Source of the DNA: Eledone cirrhosa
Taxonomy: Eukaryota
Direction: 5' to 3'
Length of the DNA stretch: 64,000 nt
NCBI GenBank assembly: GCA_964016885.1
Contig: OZ024743.1
Span: 190,774,001 to 190,838,000 of the forward strand
The notes beneath the pieces are model-generated. The model worked only from the letters and a program-made list of their open reading frames with translations. It was not told the origin of the DNA and did not search any database. This document shows, piece by piece, positions 1 through 12,316 of the stretch; position 1 is the first letter of the stretch; every line of letters starts with the position of its first letter. The translations under genes and the position numbers were made by a program.

Positions 1-61
1 GAGGTCACTGGTTGTGACTTGGTGATAACTCGTATGAACATAAAGCAAGATAAATGCAACT

Positions 62-62
<1 letters not shown>

Positions 63-113
<51 letters not shown>
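63..113. repeat. (TAA)n microsatellite forming the 3' tail/target of Tx1 element A
   Basis: Perfect TAA repeats directly abutting the element 3' end; AATAAA on the minus strand at 121-126. Confidence 0.95.
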
Positions 114-115
<2 letters not shown>

Positions 116-356
116 TTTTCTTTATTAACCACAAGGGTTTACATAAAGTAGACATTAAGGACAGTACAGGACAATACAGGACGGTACAAATGGGCATTTC
201 TGCGTGTAAAAAACAGAGGATGTAATATAATAACAAAGAAAAATTCCCCAATAGGGGGGAGACTTCCGAGGGACATTTGTGGCGAAAGCCCATTTAAAGA
301 CCACAGTGACCCTGACCACCAGGGCAAGTGCCCTCTCCCAGTTTTCCACCTTTAAG

Positions 357-3300
357 TTACAGACACATACTCAGAGAAGGCCCATTCATTCGGGCCATAC
401 TTGCTTCTCTCACCCATCTATCAACAAAATTCTGGGAAGAGAGCATTACCCTCTCTACTCTGATTTTCCTTTTCAAATGAAATTTGAAAAGGTTAATCAG
501 GGCATCACCGAAGAGGTAAGTGCTCGTCTTCAGCCCTTTCAAACGTGTCCACCATACTATCTCTTTCGCCATGGCCACCAGACAGATAAAAACTGCCTGC
601 CCTTCCCGGCTAAAGGAAGAGGGCAGGGCAATCCTCACGATGGACTCAGCTGATAGCTGGATCCGTCCTACACGTGACAGCAGGTGTTCTACATAAACCC
701 ACAAGTCAGCAATGCTCGGACACTGGACGAGTGCGTGCAGGACGGTTCCGTCGCCCTGTGCGCATCTCGGACATGCCCGCCTGACGGCACCTCCATGCCT
801 GTAGAGTTTATCCCGAACTGGCAAAGGACGCCGATAGCACTGCCAGGCCAGGGATTTCTGGAAGTTGTCCATAGGCCCCGGCCCGAAAGTCCTTCCGAAG
901 AGATTGGCTAGTTGATTTTCGTCGACGCCTAGAGTTTCTCCAAGTACGTCGTCGCTCTTACCCTCCGCTAATCCCCTATAGAACGCCAAGGTGGAGTTTC
1001 CACCGATCACATTGCCCGATTGGTCGAGGGCTGTGAGCGCCTGAAGAAATTCCAGTCTCCAAGCGCTCCCTCTCGATCTTCGCTTGACCCAGGACTGCAG
1101 CTCCGTCAAGGAGACGAGCTGGGGAAAAACGTGTCTAGCAAACGGCGACCACACCTGATCACCGTCGAGGAAGAGGTGGAGATGTCGTAGCCTGAGCGCA
1201 TGTCTGCGCATCATCAGCCACGGCTTGCCCAGCCATCCATGTAGCGGGTGTTGACAGCACATGGACCGCCTGACCATCGCAGCGCGTCCCTTCCACAAGA
1301 AACGAAAGAGCAAACGCTCCAGCGCATTCAGGCTGGGCTTAGGACAAGGTACGACAGTCAGGCGGTAGTAGATGACGGACGCGATGTACGCGTTAGCCAC
1401 CTCCGCTCGACCTTTCAGGGATAGCTTCCTGTCGGCCCATTTCTGGGTGAGAGACGCCACCCTGCTCGTCACCTCGTCCCAGTTTTTGTCCGTCTGGAGG
1501 TCTGGACCGAACCAGACCCCTAGCAATTTAACCGGTCCGTCCGTCCAGCGCTGTTGGACGGCATGGACCTGCCTCTCCAGGTGCCGAGCTGCAGGCTCAC
1601 TGACTTTTCATGGTTTATCATCGCTTCGTATTCTATTAGTGTAGTGCCGATCGCCTCGATGTGTTTGGCGTTCGACACCACTACGGTGACATCGTCCGCA
1701 TATGCTAACACGGATATTCCGCATCCTAGTTCGCGTGGGACCCCCCTCAACGTCTCCAGTTTGTGCAGTAATGGCTCGAGAGTCAATACGTACAATAGGG
1801 ACGAGAGGGGACATCCTTGGCGGACCGAGCGCATGAAGTTGAACGGTTCCGAAAGGTGACCGTTCACTCTCACTACAGAGCAGATGTCGCTGTGCATGGC
1901 AGCGATCGAGCCTCTGAAGACGGGCCCAAAGCCAGCCGCCCTCAGGACTGCCGCTAGGTAACGATGATCGACCCTATCGAAGGCTTTCGACTGATCTAAA
2001 TTGATCAAAGACCCACCCGTGCCAGGTTCCCTAGCTACCCTCTCTACGATGTATCGCATGAGGGGGAGGTTGTCGTGTATGGATCTGTCGGGAATGGCGC
2101 ATGTATGTGCCTCTCCCACCAGACCACCAAGACAAGCGCCAACCTCTTTGCTAGCATCTTGGCTAAAATCTTGAACTCTGTGTTTAGCAGAGTTATGGGC
2201 CTAAAATTATCTATGTTATCCCCCTTGTTCGGATCCTTTCTCAGCAGCGCCACCGCTCCTCGGCTCACAGAGCTGGGAATTCTCCCGTTCTGTTGCCAGT
2301 TGCAGTAGACGTCCGCCAAGAGGCCTCCGAACAAGTCTGTCATTTGTACGTAAAGTTGATAGGGCAGACCATCTAAACCAGGCGATTTACCCCTTGTGCA
2401 GCCAGTCATTGCCTCCCGTACTTCAGCGGTTGTTATCGGCTTTTCGCAACACTCCACCTCAGTGGCCGAAAGCCGCGACAGTCTGTCGAGGTAGACACTA
2501 AAGTCCATCCCTCGCTCCGGCCTGCCACTGCCCCCGAACAGTTGAGCGAAGAGTAGCTGAAAAGCTTCACACATTTGCCCGGGATCGAGTAGCATGCGCC
2601 CGTCGTGGTCCACCAAAGACCGGATCGTGGCTTTATTGCCACAACGCGCCTCCGCCACTCGGGCCCATTGAACGGCTTTCGTCCCCTCGTGTCTGAGAGC
2701 ACGCACCCTAGCTCTGACAACGCAGCCTTCGCGCTTTGCATTGAAGAATTGGTCAAGGGCCAATTTCGCCGCAAGTACGTCGGTCGCGATGCCTTTGCTA
2801 AGCGCCTCGTCTAATTTTCTAACTAATTCTCCCTCTGCTCTATTTTTCTCTATTGCTAATGCCTTACTAAACCTAATGGACTCTATTCTAATTGCTCTTT
2901 TCAGAGCAAACCACCACTTGTTGTTGACGATGGCCCCCGTCAACGCCCGCTTAACTAGTTCGCTAATCCGGTCTCTGTAGGCCTTCCCCGCTGGTAAGGA
3001 CGCGTTTAGCTTCCAGTAGCCGGGTCCTTGTCTATGAAGCCTATCTAAGTCAAGCACACAGATCACGAATTTGTGGTCCGTGTAGCTGACTATCTTGAAT
3101 TGTGGACAGCCTATGCTAGACCTATCTATTTCCCTACAAAATACTCTATCTAGATATGATCTGGATGACCCTATGCGATTTGTCCAAATCCACATTGGTA
3201 CATTCGGGAAATCCATTCGGTACCTGTCAGACAGTTCAAAACGCCTGAGCAGGTTGGTGAGACTCTTGCACCCTCCTGCCCTATCCACTAATCCTACAGA

Positions 3301-3753
3301 ATCCCAGCGTGCATCTAACATCCCGTTCCAGTCGCCCACTAACACTAAAGAGCGGGACGTTCCAAGAAAGGTCTCCAGACGCCGGAAGAAATCAGGCCGC
3401 CCTGCTCCTGTCGGGGCATAGACGGCCACTAACCTGAAAGCTTGCCCTTCTCCGCTGGTCACGTCCAGCACCACCAACATACCTTCTGGGTCCAGGAAGA
3501 TGGCCCGTATGGCAAGATCCAAACCTCTCCGAAAAAGCACAGCAACTCCTCCCCCCGATCCCGGACGGGTGGGAGATGCGTACACATCGTAGCCGCCGAA
3601 GATCGGTGCGAAGGCCCGTGCTTCGGAGATTCTGGTCTCGCTGATGGCCACTACATCTATGTTTAGTGACCTGAGGTCGTTGAGCAGGTGGCCCTGCTTC
3701 CATGACGACCCCAAGCCACGCGCATTTATGCTGCCTATTCTGAGTGAGGTCAT
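357..3753 (-). pseudogene. ORF2 of Tx1 copy A: APE endonuclease + reverse transcriptase + C-terminal CCHC, broken by frameshifts
   Basis: ORFs 2044-3753, 1520-2119, 357-1526. APE motifs INARGL, ISET, VYAP, VGDWN, YLDRVF, TDH; RT motifs KSPGLDGLP, FRPITLLN, DQSKAFDRVDH, RQGCPLS, YADD; CPRC-x8-H-x4-C. Confidence 0.93.
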
Positions 3754-3817
3754 GTTAAAAAGGAGTGGAAAAGATGGGAAAGACCACTTACCTTACTTCT
3801 CGTAGGGGAAGGACGGT

Positions 3818-5774
3818 TTATCCATCCTTTTCACTGCTTGTGGCCTCCTCAGGAAGGATGTCCTTATAAATCCTCCTGGAGAGTGCTTGTCGGAAGTCTC
3901 CGATGTCTTTGCGGAATTTTTGTTTTAGTGTCATGTACGTTTTCTGTGTAATGCGAGTGATCTGTATGTGTGGAGGTGGTGTGAATTTTTGGGTTGTTGT
4001 GTAGTCTTTTTCTGTGATGCTGGTGTTGTGTTGGATGTAGTGTAATAATTGCTTGTTGTTCAAATTTAATGCTGTGTAGTGTGTATCGTTTTGGTTGTTT
4101 TGTTTTGTTTGCGTTTGTTGTGGGTTTGTTTCTGTTTCGCATTTTGGTGACTTTTGTGGTGTAGGTGATGGTGGTGTTGGGGTTAATGATGGTGATGGTG
4201 TTGGTGTTTGGGTTGATGGGGTTGGTGATGCTGGTGTGGATGGTGGCATATCTGTCCTAACTTTTTTGTTTGTTAATTTATTTGTTTCCCTCTGTATTTT
4301 GTTTTTGGAGGGGGAAGGAAGAGAGTTTTTTTCTTTTTTGATTTCTTTTTTTTTCCTGATACCGTTTCCCACTCCTCGTCGTCACAATCTGTCTCCATTT
4401 GTGATAGGCCGGGGAATAGAAAATCCTCCACAGGCGTTAGTTTTGGTTGTGGCGTGGTGGATGGTGTAGGCGCTGGTGCTAGTTCTGAAGCGTTGGGTGG
4501 TGGTGGTGTTGGTTTTGCTGGTGGTGGTGGTGTTGGTTTTGCTACTGTTGCTGGGGTTGTTGCTGTTATAGTTGCTTCTGTTGTTGCTGCTACAGTTGTT
4601 TCTGCCATCTCTGCTACTGGTGGTGTTGATGGTTGTGTCACTGGGGTGGGTAGGAGAGGTGGCCTCAACCTTTTAGCCCGAGGGCAGAAAGCCCTTAGGT
4701 GGGTTCCTTCACCACAAACGACACACCTAGGCCTTCTGCCTTCGACAATTACGGTGATGTGGCTGCCGTCAGTGAGGTCTATTACCTCTGGGATCTCCTC
4801 AATGCTTTTTTGGTCCGCTTGGATCAGGAGCTCCATCCCAGATCCGGACCAGTTTTCCTGCTTTTCTTTTGCTATTGCTATAATCTTTGTGTTGGCTTCG
4901 ATGTCGGCGAGGACGGCCGCTATTAGCCAGGGAATTTCGATGGCCAGTGGAACGTGGGTCACCCTGATATTTAAGAGTCTCTGGCCACAATAGCTTGGGA
5001 CGAGTGTGAAGTCGTCACTTCTTAATGGGGCCATGGAGTGTTCTCTAGCCTCCTGTGGTGTTTCAAAGAACACGTCCACGGTTCCATAACTCCTGCCCAC
5101 GTCTGATGTGGGTTTTTCTTGCCCACACATGTCCCAAAGCTTTTTAGATTTGGGACTCGGATGCCCGTTCCACTCGGCGCGATTTTACATTTATTGTTCG
5201 ATACGACACGGTGCATAGGCGCCGATGCTCCATTTTATTATGTGGGAGGGGGTGAGGCTGACCCTGTACCCATCTTTCTTTACCATTTGTTTGGCATTTT
5301 CTAAATCCTCCTGAGTTACCGTAAATGCTTCGAACTGTTTTGCTACTCTGGCAAAACTCAGGTTGGTTTTTTTAATGTCATTGTTGTTGTTGTTGCTATC
5401 GTTATTTTTGTTATTATTAATTTTAGTTTCAGTTGTAGTGGTGGTGACGTCAGTGAAAGTCCGTTTGGGAGAGTCCATTTTGGTTGAAAATATTTCGACA
5501 TCACGAGTTGATTTATTTTTTCCTTTTGTTTCTGTTGTCGCGGTGCTGGTGGGGTGGTGGTTGTTGCGGTGGTGGTGGTGGTGGCGGCTTTAACACCTGC
5601 AGCCATTGGTAATGGCGGGAAATGAATGTCTGCCTGAGACAAATTTAAAATATTGCTAGTGCTTAAATTGTTTGTGTCGGAAGACGTATAATCATCTACA
5701 ATGGTGGTGTCGGTGTGAGGTGTTAATTTGTGAGAAAGGCTTTCAGCTGCTTGGTGCAGTGGTGAATTAGCCAT
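3818..5774 (-). pseudogene. ORF1 (gag-like) of Tx1 copy A, frameshifted
   Basis: ORFs 5358-5774, 5191-5478, 4273-5130, 3818-4372; CX2CX4HX4C knuckle CVVCGEGTHLRAFC followed by Pro/Thr-rich and Lys-rich tail, directly upstream of ORF2. Confidence 0.85.
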
Positions 5775-5983
5775 TTTTTTTCAAAGAAATTTTTTGATAA
5801 TCATAAAAGTTTAAATTTTGGGGACAACACCCCAATCTTTTTGGGTGTCCTTTTCAGAAAACAATGTATGTGCGCTTATATATAGTTAACAATAAAAATT
5901 CTCAATAAATGGCAATTTTTAACAAACGGAAATAACAAACCTTTGCGGAGCTCACGATGATACGATTTGCTACGTAGGACGCC

Positions 5984-6020
<37 letters not shown>

Positions 6021-6043
6021 GTGGTGGTGGTAATAATTATAAT
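5984..6043. repeat. (AAT)n tract with short (GTG)n interruption joining Tx1 copies A and B
   Basis: Only sequence between the 5' end of A and the 3' end of B. Confidence 0.9.
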
Positions 6044-6289
6044 GCTTTCTTTATTAAACACAAAGGTTTACACAAAGTAGACATTAAGGACAGTACAGGA
6101 CAATACAGGGCGGTACAAATGGGCATTTCTGCGTGTAAAAAAACAGAGGATGTAATAATAGAAAAATGAAAAAGAATTCCCCAATAGGGGAGAGACTTCC
6201 GAGGGCTATCGTGGAGAAAGCCCATTAAAAAATCCACGGTGATCCTGACCACCAATGCAATTGTCCTCTCCCAGTTTTCCACCTTCAAT

Positions 6290-9200
6290 TTACAGGCCTA
6301 TACTCAGAGTAGGTCCACTCACTCGGGCCATTCTTACCTCTCTCACCCATCTTTCAACAAAAAGCTGGGAGGAGAGCACCTCCCTTTCTACCCTGATTTT
6401 CCTTTTCAAATGAAATTGGAAAAAATTAATCAGGGCATCACCGAAGAGGTAAGTGCTCGTCTTCAGCCCTTTCAACGTGTCCACCATACTATCTCTTTCG
6501 CCATGGCCACGAGACATATAAAAACTGCCTGCCGTTTCCTGATAAAGGAAGAGGGCGGGGCAATCCTCACGATCGATTCAGCTGATAGTCGAATCCGTTC
6601 TACACGCGACAACAGGTGTTCGACATAAACCCACAAGTAAGCAATGCTCGGACATGGGACGAGTGCATGCAGGACGGTTTCGTTGCCCTGCGTACATCAC
6701 GGACATGCCCGGTTGACGGCACCTCTATGCCTGTAGAGTTTAACCCGAACTGGCAAAGCTCCTCGGTAGCACTGCCAGGCCAGGGATTTCTGGAGGTTCT
6801 CGATAGGCCCCGGCTCGAAAGTTCTTCCAAAGAATTTGGCCTAGATTTTCCCCAAGTACGTCGTCGCTCTTCCCCTCCACTAATCCTCTATAGAACGCCA
6901 AGGTGGAGTTTCCACCGATCACATTGCCCGATTGGTCGAGGGCTGTGAGCGCCTGAAGACACTCCAGTCTCCAAGCGCTCCCTCTCGGTCTTCGCTTGAC
7001 CCAGGACTGCAGCTCTGTCAATGAGATGAGCTGGGGAAAGACGCGTCTAGCAAACGGCGACCACACCTGATCACCGTCGAAGAAAGGGTGGAGATGTCGT
7101 AGTCTGAGCGCGTGTCTGCGCATCATTAGCCACGGCATGCCCAGCCATCCACGTAGCGGGTGTTGACAGCAAATGGACCGCCTGACCATCGGAGCGCGTA
7201 CTTTCCACAAAAAGCGGAAGAGCAAACGCTCCAGCGCAGTCAGGCGAGGCTTAGGACAATGCACGACGGTCAGGCGGTAGTAGATGACGGATGCGATGTA
7301 CGCATTAGCCACCTCCGCTCGACCTTTCAGGGATAGCTTCCTCTCCGCCCAATTCTGGGTGAGAGAAGACACCCTGCAATCACCTCGTCTCAATTTTTGT
7401 CCGTCTGTAGGTCCGGACAAACCAGACTCCTAACAATTTAACTGGTCCGTCCGTCCAGCGCCCGACGACGCCGTTTGACGGCATGGACCTGTCGCTCCAG
7501 GTGTCGAGCTGCAGGCCCACCGAATTCTCCTGGTTGATCATTGCTCCTGTCACCGCTTTGTATTCTCTTAGCGTAGTGCCGATCGCTTCGATATATTTGG
7601 CGTTCGACACCACTACGGTGACATCGTCCGCATATGCTGACACGGATCTTCCGCATCCTAGTTCGCGTGGGACCCCCCTCAATGTCTCCAGTTTGTGCAG
7701 TAATGTCTCGAGAGTCAATACGAACAAGAGGGACGAGAGGGGATATCCTTGGCGGACCGAGTGCATGATGTTGAACGGTTCCGAAAGGTGAACGTTCACT
7801 CTCACCACAGAGCAGTTGTCGCTATGCATGGCAGCGATACAGCCTCTGAAGACGGGCGCAAAGCCAGCCGACCTCAAGACTGCCGCCAGATAACGATGGT
7901 CGACCTTATCGAAAGCTTTCGACTGATCTAAATTGATCAAGGGCCCACCCGTGCCAGGTTCCCTAGCTACCCGCCCCACCATGTACCGCATGAGGAGGAG
8001 GTTGTCGTGGATGGATATGTCGGGAATGGCGCATGTCTCCGCCTCTCCCACAGACCACCAACGACAAGCCTCAACCTATTTGCTAGCACCTTGGCTAAAA
8101 TCTTGAACACTGTGTTTAGAAAAGTTATAGGCCTGAATTTATCTATGTTATCCCTCTTGTTCGGATCCTTTTTCAGCAGTGCCACCGCTCCTCGGCTCAC
8201 AGAGCTGGGAATTCTCCCGTTCTGTTGCCAGTTGCAGTAGACGTCCGCCAAGAAGCCTCAGAACAAGTCTGGCATCTGTACGTAAAGTTCATAGGGCAGA
8301 CCATCAAAACCAGGCGATTTACCCCTTGTGCAGCCAGTCATTGCCTCCCATACTTCAGCTGCTGTTATCGGCTTTTCGCAACACTCCGCCTCAGTGACCG
8401 AGAGCCGCGGCAGTCCGTCGAGGTAGACACTAAAATCCATCCCTCGATCCGGCCCGCCGCTGCCCCCGAACAGCTGAGAGAAGTGTCGCTGAAAAGCTTC
8501 ACACATTTGCCAGAGATCGAGTAGCATGCGCCCGTCGTGGTCCACCAGAGACCGGATCGTGGCTTTGGTGCCACGACGCGCCTCCGACACTCGGGCCCAT
8601 TGAACGGCTTTCATCCCCTCGTGTCTGAGAGCACGCACCCTAGCTCTGACAACGCAGCCTTCGTGCTTTGCATTGAAGAATTGGTCAAGGGGCAATTTCG
8701 CCGCAAGCACGTCGGTCGCAATGCCTTTGCTAAGCGCCTCGTCTAATTTTCTAACTAGTTCTCCCTCTGCTCTATTTTTCTCTATTGCTAAAGCCTTACT
8801 AAACCTAATGGATTCTATTCTAATCGCTCTTTTCAGAGCAAACCACCACTTGTTGTTGACGATGACCCCCGTCAATACCCGCTTAACTAGTTCGCTAATC
8901 CGGTCTCTGTAGACCTTGCGCGCTGGTAAGGACGCGTTTAGCTTCCAGTAGCCGGGTCCTTGTCTATGAAGCCTATCTAAGTCAACCACACAGATCAGGA
9001 ATGTGTGGTCCGTGTAGCTGACTATCTTGAATTGTGGACAGCCTATGCTAGACCTATCTATTTCCCTACAAAATACTCTATCTAGATATTATCTGGATGA
9101 CCCGATGCGGTTTGTCCAAGTCCACATTTGCACATTCGGGAAATCCAATCGGTACCTGTCAGGCAGTTCAAAACGCCTGAGCAGGTTGGTGAGGCTCTTG

Positions 9201-9677
9201 TACCCTCCTGCCCTATCCACTAATCCCACAGAGTCCATCTAACATCCCGTTCCAGTCGCCCACTAACACTAAAGTGCGGGACGTTCCAAGGAAGGTCTCC
9301 AGACACCGGAAGAAATCGGGCCGCCCTGCTCCTCTCGGGGCATAGACGGCCACTAGCCTGAAAGCTTGCCCAGCTCCGCTGGTCACGTCCAGCACCACCA
9401 ACTTACCTTCTGGGTCCAGGAAGATGGCCCGCATGGCGAGATCCAAACCTCTCCGAAAAAGCACAACAACTCCTCCCCCTGATCCAGGACGGCTGGGAGA
9501 TGCGTACACATCGTAGCCGCCGAAGATCGGTGAGAAGACCCGTGCCTCGGAGATTCTGGTCTCGCTGATGGCCACCACATCTATGTTTAGAGACCTGAGA
9601 TCGTTCAGCAGGTGCCCCTGCTTCCAAGACGACCCCAGGCCACGTACATTTATGCTACCTATTCTGAAAGTAGCCAT
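6290..9677 (-). pseudogene. ORF2 of Tx1 copy B (APE + RT), multiple frameshifts/stops
   Basis: Fragments 9213-9722 (MATFRIGSINVRGL, VYAP, VGDWN), 8258-8989, 7967-8251, 7380-8051 (DQSKAFD, RQG, YADD), 6740-7420, 6290-6517. Confidence 0.92.
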
Positions 9678-9739
9678 GTTGGCTAGAATAGGAGGAAAAC
9701 AAAGGAGAGCGAAGAGGTACAAAAAATTACCTGTGGCTC

Positions 9740-11020
9740 TTCTTTAGGAAGGAGGTGGGTGATCCATCCCTTCGACCATTGGTGGGTTTCTCCACGAGAA
9801 TGTTATGTAATTTTTTTGTGTAATTTCTATTATTTTTATGTGTGTGTGTGGGGGGTGGGGGCAATTTTGGTGGTTTGTACGTAGTTTGTTTCTGTGATGT
9901 TGGTGTGGTGTTGTATGTAATGTAAAAGCTTTGTGTTGTCTGTGTCTATGGCTGTGTATTGTGTCTGCTGTTAGGGTGTTGGTGTTTTCTGTGTTTGCTG
10001 TCGTGTTGTTGGAGGTGACGATGGGTTAGATGGTAAGGGTGGTGGTGGTGGTGGTGGCGGTGGTGTTTGCGGTGGTGGTGATGGTGTAGGTGGTTGTGGG
10101 GGTGTGGCTGTTGATGGTGTGGAGGAGGTGGGGTAGTTTTCATTTTCTTTTTTTTTAAGGTTCTTTCTTCCTCTTTTTTTTTTGGGGGGGGGGGGGGTAG
10201 GGAGTTCTTCCTTTTTTTTGTTGGAATAGTTCTCCACTCTTCAGCCTCATCGCACTCCTTGTCCGATTTGGCTATATCAGGAAGGGGTATGCTTTCCATT
10301 GGTTTTGTGTGTGGTGGAAGAGATGATGTTTTTGTTGTTGGGGATGGTGATTTCTCTTCTGCCACTGTGTTCTTTGTTTGTTTGTCTGCTCCAGTTGTGG
10401 GGCACGGCGTGGGGAGAAGGGATGGGCGCGTGCCTGTTTTGGTAATTTTGGGGCAGAATGCGTTTGTCACCGCATCCATGACACATTGGGCGCCTACCTT
10501 CGACAGTCACAGGTAGATGGCTGCCGTCGTCCAGGTCTATTACATCGGTGATGGCCTCAACGCTTTCGTGGTTTGCTTAGATAATTAGCTCCATCACCGA
10601 CCCTGTCTAATTTTCCTGTCTTATTCGTATGACGTTGAGTATGGTTGTTGAATCTTCAACGTCAGCGAGGACGGCTGCCGTCAGCCACGCCATCTCCACT
10701 GAGGGTGGAACCTGGCCTACTCGAACCTTCACGACACTCTGGCCGCAAAATGTGGGTATCATTGTGATTTCGTCGCTGCGGAGTGGTGCAATGGAGTGTG
10801 CTCTGGATTCCTCTCGTGTAGCGAAGAGCACACCCACAGTGCCATACTCGATCCCCGGGCTATATATGTTTTCTGTGTCCAGATGGCACCCATAGCTCTT
10901 TGGGTCTGTGACTCCGTTGCCCGATCAACTCGCCTGGATTTTGAACCGATCGTGCGATAACTGACTGAACACAAAAGTTTGTTTCTTATTATATCAGCTG
11001 GGCGGGTGAGAACCAGAAGA
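9740..11020 (-). pseudogene. ORF1 of Tx1 copy B, diverged from ORF1 of copy A
   Basis: 10607-10837 peptide (HSIAPLRSDEITMIPTFCGQ...WLTAAVLAD) aligns with copy A HSMAPLRSDDFTLVPSYCGQ...WLIAAVLAD; knuckle start VEGRRPMCHGCG frameshifted; Pro/Lys-rich tail. Confidence 0.8.
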
Positions 11021-11272
11021 ACCAGAAACAACAGAAACCTACGAAAACACGAAACAAACAGCAACAGAAAATGCAAAAATGATAAAATCCAGATTAAAAA
11101 TAGATCACCAGAATGCGATGCTGAAATCGTGACAAAAAAAAAAACATAGTCAAAACCCACTAAAACTGAATAGGGAGTAAGTGGACAAACAAAATTCACA
11201 AAACTGCAGCACAAGTTCAAAACTATCCCACCAGAGACCACAAAAAATACATAATGAAGCAGAACACATAAT

Positions 11273-11393
11273 TGTTTCTACTTTTGGCACAAGGCCAGCA
11301 ATTATCAGTACATTACTGGTACTTTATTTTATCAACCCCGTAAGGATGAAAGGCAAAGTTAACCTCGGCGGGATTTGAACTCAGACCGTAATT
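11273..11393 (-). mobile_element. tRNA-derived SINE family 1, 5'-truncated, 14-bp TSD
   Basis: Matches full copy at 19542; direct repeat GCAGAACACATAAT at 11259-11272 and 11394-11407. Confidence 0.9.
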
Positions 11394-11404
11394 GCAGAAC
11401 ACAT

Positions 11405-11495
11405 AATATTATATTATGTTATATTTTATATTATATTATATTATATTATTATACTATTATGTTTTATATTACATTATATTATATTATATTTATAT
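11405..11495. repeat. (ATATT)n imperfect microsatellite
   Basis: Seen directly between two oppositely oriented SINEs. Confidence 0.85.
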
Positions 11496-11614
11496 GGTCT
11501 GAATTCAAATCCCGCCGAGGTTAACTTTGCCTTTCATCCTTACGGGGTCAATAAAATAAAGTACCAGTAATATACTGGGTAATTGTGGGCCCTGTGCAAA
11601 AAGTAGAAACAATT
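11496..11614 (+). mobile_element. SINE family 1, 5'-truncated
   Basis: TTCAAATCCCGCCGAGGTTAACTTTGCCTTTCATCCTTACGGGGTC...AAGTAGAAACAATTAT. Confidence 0.9.
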
Positions 11615-11899
11615 ATATTATATTATATTTATAAAAATGCATTGTTTAAGGACATTAGATATAAGAACTTCATAAACGAAAGTAGGTATTTAATTTTCAG
11701 GTAGAATTGAATTTATATGATCATTAAAATCTGTTTCAAATTGTTTAAATTACAGTTAGTGCAGGTACTGTAGAATGGAGGTAAGTGTTCAGCAAAGTGA
11801 GTCTGTTTTATGTATTTGATTTACAATTCAAATTCTTAACCTCAACATGATATAGTGTAGATGATATTCTAAAGCTCAACATGATATAGTGTAGTGACA

Positions 11900-12316
11900 A
11901 AAGCTTACGTTTTGTCTGGAGTCTCTAGATGCATAATCTATGAGCTTGGGTAACGTCCAAAAGAATATGATCGCAATTACAAGCAACCAAAATAGTGTTC
12001 CTCCAAGGGTCATTGGAGTAACATTACTTGACAGATTCTATAGCTTAGAGAGTCACTCCAATTAGATCAACTACTTCTCCAAATTGATATTACAGACGTT
12101 CGGTTAGAATGTCGCAAGAATGAATTACTGGATATATTTTAGCCAGCTGGAGACCCAGGTAGAGACTCCAAGAAAGGTAATTGGATAAAATACATGAGCT
12201 CAAATGTTCTCGCTTAGAGATCCAGATATTTGCTTATGACAGGACCCGCAGGAAGGTGTGCTTGAAGGCTCTGTCACAACAACCCTTCTAGGAATAAGTG
12301 GAAGAAGAAGAAGAAG
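11900..12316 (+). mobile_element. Old RTE-like LINE 3' fragment with (GAA)n tail
   Basis: Degenerate translation resembling the RTE ORF2 C-terminus (RMSQE...RP.GR.R..W...AYDR); ends in (GAA)5. Confidence 0.45.

Larger units (their letters stand above)
114..5983 (-). mobile_element. Tx1/L1-clade non-LTR retrotransposon, copy A (apparently full length, decayed)
   Basis: Minus strand order 5'UTR, ORF1 (zinc knuckle), ORF2 (APE endonuclease, RT, CCHC), 3'UTR, AATAAA, (ATT)n tail; bounded both sides by (TAA)n. Confidence 0.92.
6044..11258 (-). mobile_element. Tx1/L1-clade non-LTR retrotransposon, copy B (decayed; 5' boundary approximate)
   Basis: 3'UTR and ORF2 collinear with and highly similar to copy A; AATAAA on minus strand at 6050-6055; ORF1 homologue to about 11020, then T-rich putative 5'UTR. 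Confidence 0.88.

Noticed and set aside
279-9242. Plus-strand ORFs overlapping the Tx1 elements
   Set aside because: Antisense shadows of GC-rich ORF2/ORF1 with no recognisable domains and not maintained as the same frame in both copies.
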